Below are positions 29,350 through 38,550 of a DNA stretch of 64,000 nt, piece by piece. The stretch comes from a virus. The DNA lies in UHGV virus genome UHGV-0021337; one strand, written 5' to 3'. Made by a program: the position numbers and the translations under genes. The number at the start of each line of letters is the position of its first letter. The first letter of the stretch is position 1. The notes under the pieces were generated by a model. It was given only the letters and a program-made list of their open reading frames with translations, was not told the DNA's origin and searched no databases.

Positions 29350-31214
29350 AATTACAATTTACACGTATACAGATACACAATTTTATGTCATTTAGTGACG
29401 CCGACATTAGCTTATCCGACCGAGGCTACGTTTTAGTCCGAGGTGAAAACAATAACCCTGTAGATAATGCACAAAGCAACGGTGCAGGAAAAACAACGAT
29501 ATTTCACGCATTATCTTGGTGTTTAACGGGACTAACGCTTTCTGGGATTAAAAGCAATGTAGCAAACATAAAGCTCGACGATGGATGCTGGGTAAGAGTT
29601 GAATTCAGGAATGAAGGACATATATATAGTATTCTTAGGTCAAAAGATTCATCCGAGTATAAGACTGATTTGAAAATTTTTATCGATAACGAAGATAAAT
29701 CAGGCAAGGGAATACGTGATTCCGAAAAACTACTTGAACAATACTTGCCAGACTTAACTTATCAGCTTCTAGGGTCAGTCATTCTTCTTGGTCAAGGGCT
29801 ACCTCAACGTTTTACAAACAACACACCTTCGGGTCGTAAGGAAGTTTTAGAGAAACTATCTAAATCTGACTTTATGATTGAAGACTTAAAGTCAAAATTA
29901 ACATCACGTAAATCCACATTACAGAATGATTTACGACAAGTTGAAGATGCTATACTAACAAAAACTGCAACTATAACCACAAAAGAACAATTCAAGCAAC
30001 AGTTAGAAGCTTCAAATGCTACACTTGATTCTTCCGTAATAGCGGCAGAAGTAGAAGCAGTACAAAAAAGCCAAAAAGAATTGTCTGAAAAGATTTCTTA
30101 TTATGACGAACAATTTTCAGAATGTGGTGTTAAAGACCAAGAGCTGCTTAATCAAAAAGATGCTGCGTATTCTGATTACTTGTCTGAGTTGCTAGGGCTA
30201 CAACATCGTTATGACCCTCAAATTGACGCTGCTCAAAAAGAATTTCAATCCGCTCAGATTTTATACGCTACACAGAGTGCAGAGTTAACACGACTCAAAT
30301 CAATAAAAGATGTTTGCCCTACTTGTGGTCAACATATACCTGGTGTTAGCCGTCCTGACACTTCCGAGCTAGAAGTTATTGTTAACAATCTGTCGCGAGA
30401 AGTTCAACAGATTTCTGACAAATTATCTACGCTAAAAGACGCTCTCAATAAAGAAAAATCAAGCATTACCTCTAGTTATGATACCAAAGCTCGTGAGTTA
30501 ACTATGTTACGCTCTCAGCTCCAGTTTAAGTGCACTGACATTAGAGGAACTCGAGAATTACTTCAATCTCAGTACTCCATTGGAGCAACACGTTTAACAT
30601 CCTTGCAAGGACAACTAGCATCTTTGAACGAAACAAAGATTAAAAATGAAACAACAATACGCACTATAGCTCAAGAAATTGAAGATCTACATTCTGAAAT
30701 CTTGTATAACAATACGAAAAAAGAAGAGTTAACAACACGATTGAGTTTAGTTACAAAAATGTTAACTATTGCAACAAGAGATTTCCGAGGATTCCTACTA
30801 ACTAATGTTATTGACTACATTGACTCTTGTGCAAAAAACTATTGTCAACAGATATTTGAAACTGATAAACTTAATTTTTACCTCGATAGTAACAATTTAG
30901 ACATAACGTATGACGGTAAACTATATGAAGGATTATCAACAGGTGAAAAACAAAAAGTCGACGTAATAATACAACTATCGTTGCGTGATATGCTCTGCAA
31001 GTATATGAATTTCAATTGCAACATTCTTGCTCTTGATGAGGTGTTTGATGGCCTTGATAGCGTGGGGTGCGAAAGAATTGTTAATTTAATAAACAACATA
31101 ACTGACATTGAGAGCATCTTTATCATAACGCATCATTGTAACGATATTGAGTTAAGTTATGATGATGAAATCGTTGTTGTTAAAAATAAAGATGGAATAA
31201 GTGAGATTAAATAG
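29346..31214 (+). CDS. sbcC: SbcC/Rad50-like ATPase
   Basis: Walker A is NGAGKTT, followed by a long coiled coil. A CPTCGQ zinc hook is present. The signature/Walker B is LALDEVFDGLD. Confidence 0.8.
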   Translation: MKLQFTRIQIHNFMSFSDADISLSDRGYVLVRGENNNPVDNAQSNGAGKTTIFHALSWCLTGLTLSGIKSNVANIKLDDGCWVRVEFRNEGHIYSILRSKDSSEYKTDLKIFIDNEDKSGKGIRDSEKLLEQYLPDLTYQLLGSVILLGQGLPQRFTNNTPSGRKEVLEKLSKSDFMIEDLKSKLTSRKSTLQNDLRQVEDAILTKTATITTKEQFKQQLEASNATLDSSVIAAEVEAVQKSQKELSEKISYYDEQFSECGVKDQELLNQKDAAYSDYLSELLGLQHRYDPQIDAAQKEFQSAQILYATQSAELTRLKSIKDVCPTCGQHIPGVSRPDTSELEVIVNNLSREVQQISDKLSTLKDALNKEKSSITSSYDTKARELTMLRSQLQFKCTDIRGTRELLQSQYSIGATRLTSLQGQLASLNETKIKNETTIRTIAQEIEDLHSEILYNNTKKEELTTRLSLVTKMLTIATRDFRGFLLTNVIDYIDSCAKNYCQQIFETDKLNFYLDSNNLDITYDGKLYEGLSTGEKQKVDVIIQLSLRDMLCKYMNFNCNILALDEVFDGLDSVGCERIVNLINNITDIESIFIITHHCNDIELSYDDEIVVVKNKDGISEIK

Positions 31215-32065
31215 TGCAAACATTTTTTAAGCCAAAAGACAAACGTTGGGTTGACTTAGCAATTTGGTGCGACCAAAATGCTTACAAGACAGATTGTGAC
31301 AATAATACTTTATATCAATATCTATATCTTTTGTTTTGGATGTTGTCACATAAGTGGAACTACTTCCACAAAGAATCTGACTATGACGAATTTTGTCTTC
31401 TTGGTGCTCAAACAGTTTATATGCGATTGAAAAATCCTAAACAATTTGACGGAAGTGGTAAGCTACAACCAGTTAAGTCAGTATTGAATTACATAAAGAA
31501 TGTTATATACCCCATATCTGTAACATTTCAAATGCAATCCTTTGCCCAAGGATTTACAATTGAAGATGATTACAATGCGGCATTACGAGCTCAACATATG
31601 CTTAATGAAAAAGCTCGTCACTATAGCGATGACACAATGCGCATGGAATTTGAGCATTGTTTATCTTGTATAACAAATACGATAAAAACATTAGTAAAAG
31701 AACTTCCATATCGTAATGACAAACTAACAACTCACAATATTTATATAAGTTGTTTACTTACAATACTAAACTATTTGAAACTCGACAAAATTAAACTTGC
31801 CCGTCTTAATTATCGAGATAATAAAGGTATGAACAACGAATGGGTAATAAATGAGTTGTATAGAGACACACGATATCAGAAAGCACTCTTATTCCATCTA
31901 CCAGACTCTATGAGCAACTATGTGTCTGTTATTGTTAATAGAGCACTTGCTCTTATGTCAGCTGATTTGATTGGTGTTATTGGAAGTTATCAACCCTCTG
32001 ATGCTATTGTAAAGGCAATCATTGCTTCTCCGTTAGAGGATTATGTGGAGCCAAATAATGACTAA
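31214..32065 (+). CDS. hypothetical protein (283 aa, GTG start)
   Basis: ORF only. Confidence 0.4.
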   Translation: MQTFFKPKDKRWVDLAIWCDQNAYKTDCDNNTLYQYLYLLFWMLSHKWNYFHKESDYDEFCLLGAQTVYMRLKNPKQFDGSGKLQPVKSVLNYIKNVIYPISVTFQMQSFAQGFTIEDDYNAALRAQHMLNEKARHYSDDTMRMEFEHCLSCITNTIKTLVKELPYRNDKLTTHNIYISCLLTILNYLKLDKIKLARLNYRDNKGMNNEWVINELYRDTRYQKALLFHLPDSMSNYVSVIVNRALALMSADLIGVIGSYQPSDAIVKAIIASPLEDYVEPNND

Positions 32066-32453
32066 CAACCAGATTAAAAACTTGAAAGATACCGACTGTT
32101 ATAGTTTAATCTTATTTTGTTTATATAAGCTTTTAGATGTACCAGAATATTCTTCTTTAAGCGAACTAGTATATGTTTTAGATAAACAAAATTTACTCAA
32201 TTTATGTGAGTATTTTGGGGGGCAAACAATTACAATACCCACTATTGAAGAATTAGAGACATTAACATATTCATTACTTCTTTATCAATACGTGAATGTC
32301 GAAAAGAAAGACTACACAGAAGCTCTTGAACTTATAGGACACGAATCAAAAGATTTGCGAAGAGTAAAAAAATTCTACACAAAACTTTGCGAAGTTCTTG
32401 AAAAGTATAGTTTTCTGCCTCGAGATCCTGCACATAAATCGGTGGCTCTATGA
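32058..32453 (+). CDS. hypothetical protein (start revised to ATG 32058)
   Basis: GGAG lies 8 nt upstream of ATG 32058. Confidence 0.4.
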   Translation: MTNNQIKNLKDTDCYSLILFCLYKLLDVPEYSSLSELVYVLDKQNLLNLCEYFGGQTITIPTIEELETLTYSLLLYQYVNVEKKDYTEALELIGHESKDLRRVKKFYTKLCEVLEKYSFLPRDPAHKSVAL

Positions 32454-32647
32454 CACAGGCAGGCATATACAAAATGCTCGAAGAGCTTAGCGAGCATAAG
32501 AGAGACAGACGATACTTGACTCAAATATTCATTCAAGACCGACTTAATAAATCTATAGAAACTTACTATGACGATTTAACGCGTTCATATAATTCATTAA
32601 AACATAAAAATGAATTACACGTTTTAAGAAAATTAAACAAGGCATAA
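32450..32647 (+). CDS. hypothetical small protein
   Basis: ORF with ATGA coupling. Confidence 0.35.
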   Translation: MTQAGIYKMLEELSEHKRDRRYLTQIFIQDRLNKSIETYYDDLTRSYNSLKHKNELHVLRKLNKA

Positions 32648-32652
32648 ATATC

Positions 32653-32979
32653 ATGACAAATGTTGTTGAAGATTTGAATACAATTACATCGATACCTCGA
32701 GCAAATATTTCAAAACTATTTCAAAGAGTGGAGTGGCTTATTTGCAATGCCATATATGAGGCATATATATCGGGAAATGACCTCGCGGAAATAAACTTAG
32801 GATTCGGCAAAATTTCTGTGCTGATAACAGGAAATGAGCTTAAGTATAGATTCCAGCCCTCAAGAAAAACAGAAGCTATGTTACGTGAGATATTTGAAAA
32901 GGGTTATGACCCTATCGCAGCGGAAGCAGAAAAAGCTGTCGTGGGCACAACTTTGAAAGCATATAAGGATTTATTGTGA
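32653..32979 (+). CDS. hypothetical protein
   Basis: ORF. Confidence 0.4.
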   Translation: MTNVVEDLNTITSIPRANISKLFQRVEWLICNAIYEAYISGNDLAEINLGFGKISVLITGNELKYRFQPSRKTEAMLREIFEKGYDPIAAEAEKAVVGTTLKAYKDLL

Positions 32980-33518
32980 GCGAAGAAACTCGTGTAGCGT
33001 TGTCTGATGCTACAACAAAACTAGATAATGAGTCTAATGATATCGTCAATGAACTTGTAGAAACCAAAGACCCGCAACAAATTCAGGACCTTACTGCATT
33101 ATTTAATATAACAAATACTAAAAAGAATGCTTTACGAATAATGCGGTTAGGGGAATTATGGGACGCGTCTTCGTCTGAGTTGTTAAAACGTGTTTCAGAG
33201 CATCCGGATATGCATTCTAATGAAGACTTGGTTAAATACTTATCTATTGCAGAGAGCGGAATGGACCGAGCTGCTAAGACGCTCGGCAATGTGGATGTAA
33301 CACCGATAATCCAAATAAACCAACAAAACAACACTGTAAATATAAACAATGACAATGAATTAAGCCGTGATGACCGCTTGAAAGTTATGGATGTTGTAAA
33401 TAGCATCCTTAAAAAAGTTAAAACAGAAGAATTATTTGATAAAGATAACGATATAACAGATAATTCTACTGTATTAAATAACAATAATGAATTAGGAGAT
33501 GACGATGCCAGTGTCTGA
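32976..33518 (+). CDS. hypothetical acidic protein
   Basis: ORF with a GTG/ATGA overlap. Confidence 0.4.
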   Translation: MSEETRVALSDATTKLDNESNDIVNELVETKDPQQIQDLTALFNITNTKKNALRIMRLGELWDASSSELLKRVSEHPDMHSNEDLVKYLSIAESGMDRAAKTLGNVDVTPIIQINQQNNTVNINNDNELSRDDRLKVMDVVNSILKKVKTEELFDKDNDITDNSTVLNNNNELGDDDASV

Positions 33519-33702
33519 TGATACAATAAAAGCAACAAAAGCAGACCTCGAAGCTGAACTTACTCAGTTACGAAATGAAAACAACAACTTAAATAAGCAA
33601 CTAGAGGAAACACGTAGAGAAGTACAAAACCTAAATGCTCGTTATAACAAGCTTTTTGGACTTTTCGCAAATAACATAGATTACTACCTCGGTAATAAAT
33701 AA
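33499..33702 (+). CDS. hypothetical small coiled-coil protein
   Basis: ORF, RBS AGGAG. Confidence 0.35.
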   Translation: MTMPVSDDTIKATKADLEAELTQLRNENNNLNKQLEETRREVQNLNARYNKLFGLFANNIDYYLGNK

Positions 33703-33711
33703 AGGTGACTA

Positions 33712-34902
33712 ATGGTTAACGACACACTTGCACAGGAACTTATCAATGTAGACATTCATAATTTTGAAGATTATGTAGGATTTCTAGTAGACTCAAAATT
33801 TGACGGAACAGCCGATATTAGCTATCAGGATATTTCGGACCTAGTTTATGATAAACTTGGAATCAAGTATGGTAAAGACTGGTATCGAATTCACGCACAT
33901 GAATTCTTAAAATCAGATGATGTATGTGTAGATGCAGAAGAAAACAACACTGATATTTATGACGCTATTCAAGATTTGAAAAAAGAACGTGTCAAACTAT
34001 CAGATGAACGAATTCAAAATAACGCATACATACGTAGACTTGCTCGTGAAGATACTCTAAAAGAAATTGCCAGAGATGCAGTAGCAGCAATGAACGATAA
34101 ATTCATCCTTCCGTGCCTTGCTAAGAACCTCTCTAATTCTAACACTGAAGGAATTTTATGTCTGAGCGATTGGCACTATGGGTTTGATTTCGTAAATGCA
34201 TTCAATACATATAACCCCGAAGTTGCAGTCGAAAGAGTTGCTAAACTTAGAGATAAGGTAATAGATTACATACAGAAAGAGCACATATCTAAACTTCACG
34301 TCCTCAACTTAGGTGACTTAATTGCAGGAAGAATACATCTTACAATAAGACTAGAAAGTAGGTTTGATGTAATAACACAGATAATTCAAGTTTCTGAAAT
34401 TCTTGCCGAATTGCTACACTCTTTCACACCTTATTGTGAAGTTGATTACTATTCCGCAATAGACAATCACTCGAGACTTGAACCCAAAAAATCAGATTCT
34501 TTAGATCTTGAATCTCTCGCACGTATAACTGATTGGTATATAAAAGACCGTCTGTACGGACAGATAACTGTTCACGAAAATAAATTCGGTAAAGATATAA
34601 TAACACTTGAATGCTTAGGGCATAAAATAATGGGTGTACATGGAGACAAAGATAATCACGTTACAATGATTGATAAATTGTCGATGATGACCCGTGATTC
34701 TTATGACTTAGTACTCGCGGCCCATCTTCACCATTACTCGAGCGACGAGAAAAATATGTGTGTTTCAATTGGTAACGGAACACTTATGGGTGTTGACTCG
34801 TACGCCGAAAGTTTACGTTTAACTAGTACTCCTTCGCAAAATTTAATTGTTGTAACTCCTGAAAATGTTACAGAAAGTATTCATAGAATCATATTAGATT
34901 AA
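33712..34902 (+). CDS. calcineurin-like metallophosphoesterase
   Basis: Motifs are present: LSDWHYG (D-x-H), LGDLIAGRIH (GD..R), AIDNHSR and GVHGDKDNH, AAHLHH. Confidence 0.55.
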   Translation: MVNDTLAQELINVDIHNFEDYVGFLVDSKFDGTADISYQDISDLVYDKLGIKYGKDWYRIHAHEFLKSDDVCVDAEENNTDIYDAIQDLKKERVKLSDERIQNNAYIRRLAREDTLKEIARDAVAAMNDKFILPCLAKNLSNSNTEGILCLSDWHYGFDFVNAFNTYNPEVAVERVAKLRDKVIDYIQKEHISKLHVLNLGDLIAGRIHLTIRLESRFDVITQIIQVSEILAELLHSFTPYCEVDYYSAIDNHSRLEPKKSDSLDLESLARITDWYIKDRLYGQITVHENKFGKDIITLECLGHKIMGVHGDKDNHVTMIDKLSMMTRDSYDLVLAAHLHHYSSDEKNMCVSIGNGTLMGVDSYAESLRLTSTPSQNLIVVTPENVTESIHRIILD

Positions 34903-34963
34903 CTTGAAATCTTAAAGTCCAACACATAAGTCAAATAAGTAAGGGTGTTGGTAAGGAGAATAT

Positions 34964-35401
34964 ATGAAAATTTATGGTAACGATGGTAATGCTTATGCAA
35001 CCGTCAAAGAAGCAAAAGAAGCAGATGAACGTTTTGAATTAGCACAAAAAGAAGCAGCTATCAAAAAAGAACAATCTGAAAAATGTGTTGTTAACGAAAA
35101 GAAAGAACTTTCAAATAAAATTCAAGTGGCTGAGCAGAAATATCAAGACGCTCTTGCTAACTACACGCAACTTAAGAAAGATGCTGAAGATTTAATACGG
35201 GAAGCCAACAAGAAAGCATACAACATTCTTCTTGAAGGCGCAAAAGAAGTAGAAAAGTATTCTAATGAACGTATGAATTTGATAAAAGAATTCAACGATA
35301 AATATGACAGGCCCTTCACACAATTTTACACAGGTAAAGATGCAGAAGAGCAATACAATAAGGTTATTAAGCAGTTTGCAGAAATATTCAAACTATTCTA
35401 A
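34964..35401 (+). CDS. hypothetical coiled-coil protein
   Basis: RBS AAGGAGA. A strong terminator follows. Confidence 0.5.
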   Translation: MKIYGNDGNAYATVKEAKEADERFELAQKEAAIKKEQSEKCVVNEKKELSNKIQVAEQKYQDALANYTQLKKDAEDLIREANKKAYNILLEGAKEVEKYSNERMNLIKEFNDKYDRPFTQFYTGKDAEEQYNKVIKQFAEIFKLF

Positions 35402-35419
35402 TTAAATCTATTTATGCTA

Positions 35420-35455
35420 ATAACTGCAATTATTTTGTTGCAGTTATTTTTTTTG
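35420..35455 (+). terminator. rho-independent terminator
   Basis: ATAACTGCAA-ttattttg-TTGCAGTTAT (10 bp) followed by TTTTTTTT. Confidence 0.75.
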
Positions 35456-35465
35456 TATATAATAT

Positions 35466-35813
35466 ATGAAACAATTTGAAACATTACATTTGACAGACTT
35501 CGCTATTCAATTTTTATATGATGAAGCAGCACCGATAGTAGCTCACGATTTTGTAGGGTACATTACAAAATATTCAACTCACAGTAAGGTCGGCATTGGA
35601 GTAACAATATCAGGAGACATACTGGTATTTTCAATGACCTCTAAACCTTTGTCTGCTCGAAAAATTACACGTATATTGAATAAACTGATTAAAAAGCAAT
35701 TTCTTGAAGTATCAATTGAGCCCTTTCCTGAGTTTTCTGAAAAATTTAATCTGCAATTTGATTTGTCGAAAGCATTTATATTAGACGGCCCATATTTTAG
35801 GAGAGCGTCGTGA
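35466..35813 (+). CDS. hypothetical protein
   Basis: ORF. The TATAAT at 35458-35463 is too close to the ATG for a normal leader, so the start is uncertain. Confidence 0.35.
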   Translation: MKQFETLHLTDFAIQFLYDEAAPIVAHDFVGYITKYSTHSKVGIGVTISGDILVFSMTSKPLSARKITRILNKLIKKQFLEVSIEPFPEFSEKFNLQFDLSKAFILDGPYFRRAS

Positions 35814-36526
35814 AAAAGTATTTTTGTTTCGGAGACGTACACAGTTTTTATACTGAACTCAAAGCTTCATTAGAAACTGCAGGATATGATAAAAATAACA
35901 AAGACCATATAATTGTAAGTTGTGGTGACCTTCTAGACAGAGGCAATGAGTCAATAGAATGTCTAAACTTTGTTAATTCTCTTCCTAAAAATAGGAAAAT
36001 CTTGATTAGAGGTAATCACGAAGACTTACTAGAAGAGTGTATAGATAGAAAAGAGTTCTTATCACATGATTTGCATAACGGGACTCTAAAAACCATCTTT
36101 CAACTGTGTGGTAAAGATGACTCTGAATTTTGGTTTAATGATAACTATAAAATTGTATTTGACCTTATAAAACAATGCAAGCCCTTGTATAAATACTTGA
36201 ATAGTTTACAAGATTACGCAGAAGTTGGTCCATACTTATTTGTTCATGGATGGTTTCCTTTATGTTTAGATTGGACACCCGAAGCTTGGAATAAAGCAAG
36301 GTGGTTGAATGGTATGGCTCAATGGCAAACAGGCCAACGCTATCCTGAAAAAACAGTTGTTTGTGGACATTGGCATACTAGTTGGGGAAATAGCAAACTT
36401 CATAACATCGGAGTTGAATGGGGACAAGATGCATCGTTTGAACCTTTTGTTGATGAAGGCATAATTGCCCTAGATGGTTGCGTTGCATATTCTAAAACAA
36501 TAAATGTAGTTGTATTGGAGATATAA
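35810..36526 (+). CDS. lambda-type Ser/Thr protein phosphatase (PPP family)
   Basis: GDVHSFY...CGDLLDRGNESIECL...IRGNHEDL...FVHGW...CGHWH is collinear with the lambda phosphatase motifs GDLHG / GDLVDRG / GNHE. Confidence 0.75.
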   Translation: MKKYFCFGDVHSFYTELKASLETAGYDKNNKDHIIVSCGDLLDRGNESIECLNFVNSLPKNRKILIRGNHEDLLEECIDRKEFLSHDLHNGTLKTIFQLCGKDDSEFWFNDNYKIVFDLIKQCKPLYKYLNSLQDYAEVGPYLFVHGWFPLCLDWTPEAWNKARWLNGMAQWQTGQRYPEKTVVCGHWHTSWGNSKLHNIGVEWGQDASFEPFVDEGIIALDGCVAYSKTINVVVLEI

Positions 36527-36915
36527 TGAATAACGATATAGTTAATTTTCTATACCAGAATGGTTGTGTTCAAGATGCTAGCGGACATATCACAACAGCT
36601 TGTGGTGATTATGTTACATATGCTAAACTTGATTCTGAACCAATCGCGAATTTTATATATAAACATAAGTTAACTGATTTACAATCAATTTCTACAGCAC
36701 GCGGAGAAGGTTGCGGAGGAGCAGTCGGTATCGGGTTCAATGCTGACGAGCAAAAATGGTATGGATTCACACATCGCGGATTTGGTTCGTTTGGAATTGG
36801 ATTCAAAGTAAAACCTCAATATGCAATTGCTTCTTCTTTACCTGAAGGATTTGAATGCAAAACTCTTGAAGATTGTAAACAAGCCGCTATTGCAATGAGT
36901 GAGTATCTTGATTAG
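36526..36915 (+). CDS. hypothetical protein
   Basis: ORF with an ATGA overlap. Confidence 0.4.
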   Translation: MNNDIVNFLYQNGCVQDASGHITTACGDYVTYAKLDSEPIANFIYKHKLTDLQSISTARGEGCGGAVGIGFNADEQKWYGFTHRGFGSFGIGFKVKPQYAIASSLPEGFECKTLEDCKQAAIAMSEYLD

Positions 36916-36923
36916 AGGAAAAT

Positions 36924-37238
36924 ATGGCAGTTAAAGATTTAGAAAAATACTATGAGAAACTAACAAAACAACATATAGAGTTGAATGAAGAATATCTAGA
37001 CTATGCAAGAAACAATGTGTTAACAGAAGCTGATGAAAAGGAACATCAAGTCGAAGATACAAACTGGAAACGTGTTACTTATCTAATGTATCTTCTACAT
37101 AAACCTACAAAGAAATGCAAGCATAAAAAATATGAATTGATGAATAAAAAATTGCTGGCGACTGTTGGAAAAGAAAATACTGCAGAAGCCGTATTAAAAG
37201 AAAATAAAGACGCTATATCGAGAGTAACCCATGATTGA
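36924..37238 (+). CDS. hypothetical protein
   Basis: ORF, RBS GAGGAAAA. Confidence 0.4.
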   Translation: MAVKDLEKYYEKLTKQHIELNEEYLDYARNNVLTEADEKEHQVEDTNWKRVTYLMYLLHKPTKKCKHKKYELMNKKLLATVGKENTAEAVLKENKDAISRVTHD

Positions 37239-37506
37239 AGATGTTGCAAAGATACTAAAAATTGATAACTTTAACAGTAATGCTAGTGGCGATTCCATAA
37301 CATACACGCTTGACACAGACAACGATTTTGGTTCAGTTTATACTGTATTAGAATCAAACGATGATTTTCAAGAATCACAAGATAACTATATGTTGAATCC
37401 TACGATAGCCAACCTTGAATATGTATATAATAATGATTATAGAATTGAGTTGAAAGGAAATTTTGACTCGAACACATATTCAGTAACAATTACGGAGAAA
37501 CAATGA
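37231..37506 (+). CDS. hypothetical protein
   Basis: ORF. Confidence 0.4.
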   Translation: MIEDVAKILKIDNFNSNASGDSITYTLDTDNDFGSVYTVLESNDDFQESQDNYMLNPTIANLEYVYNNDYRIELKGNFDSNTYSVTITEKQ

Positions 37507-38159
37507 ATATAATAACAGACATCGAAAAACTGTCAAACAGATGTGATGAAGTTCTTGATTTAAGAAAAGAGAATAAAATAGTTCAACAAATAATCTTAGC
37601 TCTTAAGTCTAAGATTAGAGAAGATAAACTTGTAGGTCTAGCCGCTAACCAGCTCGGGTTCGATAAAAGAATAGTTGTTGTCGCATTTGGAGACGATTTA
37701 AGGACTTTCATAAATCCTATAATATCAAATGCAGAAGGATTAACTGTGTCAATTGAAACCTGTCCAAGTTTACCTGACAAGAAATTTTTGCGTTTACGAA
37801 ACCAGAAAGTTTCCGTAACATATACAGACCCTCTCGGTAAAATACTGACTGCAAAAGATTTGATTGGTAAAGCTGCGTTTGTAATGCAAGAACTCATAGA
37901 ACACTTAGATGGAGTAGTTCTTTCGGATATAGGTATGGAACTAGAAAAAGATTTTGACGAAGCGCCTATCGAAGAAAAAGAAGAGCTAATAAAAGCATAT
38001 TGTGACACAATGGATGTAAAATTACGTGATGTTAAGAAAGAAATCGAAGACACTCCAGAACTAAAGAAAATTTCCGATGCTGCTAATTTAATAAATAAAA
38101 TTCAAACAGGCAATGTTAAAGTAGAGCTTGTTGACAAGAGTATAAAGAAAGCCAAATAA
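37503..38159 (+). CDS. peptide deformylase-like protein
   Basis: GLAANQLG matches PDF motif 1 (GLAAxQ). ETCPSLP is in the position of motif 2 (EGCLS). QELIEHLDGV matches motif 3 (QHExDHLxG). The protein is 218 aa. Confidence 0.55.
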   Translation: MNIITDIEKLSNRCDEVLDLRKENKIVQQIILALKSKIREDKLVGLAANQLGFDKRIVVVAFGDDLRTFINPIISNAEGLTVSIETCPSLPDKKFLRLRNQKVSVTYTDPLGKILTAKDLIGKAAFVMQELIEHLDGVVLSDIGMELEKDFDEAPIEEKEELIKAYCDTMDVKLRDVKKEIEDTPELKKISDAANLINKIQTGNVKVELVDKSIKKAK

Positions 38160-38223
38160 TTTTTATATAAACCTTAGTATCTAACTCCTTACTGATTGTA
38201 TATATGATGTAAGGAGTTTTATT

Positions 38224-38550
38224 ATGATTGAAGATAAAGAAGTTCAAACATTGAAGTGCCCTAAATGTGGATATGAATACTTGCCAGGAGAAATTTTTAT
38301 ACCAAACAATTTTGTAGGTAAGCCAACAGATATTTCTAGAACATTTGATGGCAAGATTAAATACTTTGATGGTCTTGATATGGACCCTGATGAAACATAC
38401 GTGTGTGACCATTGTGGGACACCTCTGAAAATACACGCAGAAGTTTCTTTCAAGGTGTCTGTTGATAGTAAAAGAGATTTTTCTAGCGACTATACATCGT
38501 CATTGAAACAAAAGAAAGCTGTTCTTTGGGAAGGCCCTGACAGTGATTAG
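38224..38550 (+). CDS. zinc-ribbon protein
   Basis: CPKCGYEY ... CDHCGT. Strong RBS AAGGAG. Confidence 0.45.
   Translation: MIEDKEVQTLKCPKCGYEYLPGEIFIPNNFVGKPTDISRTFDGKIKYFDGLDMDPDETYVCDHCGTPLKIHAEVSFKVSVDSKRDFSSDYTSSLKQKKAVLWEGPDSD

Noticed and set aside
38184-38218. Hairpin CTCCTTAC...GTAAGGAG upstream of 38224, considered as a terminator
   Set aside because: The right arm is the RBS of the next gene and only a short T-run follows. It is more likely a translational-control hairpin than a terminator, and the evidence is too weak to list as a feature.
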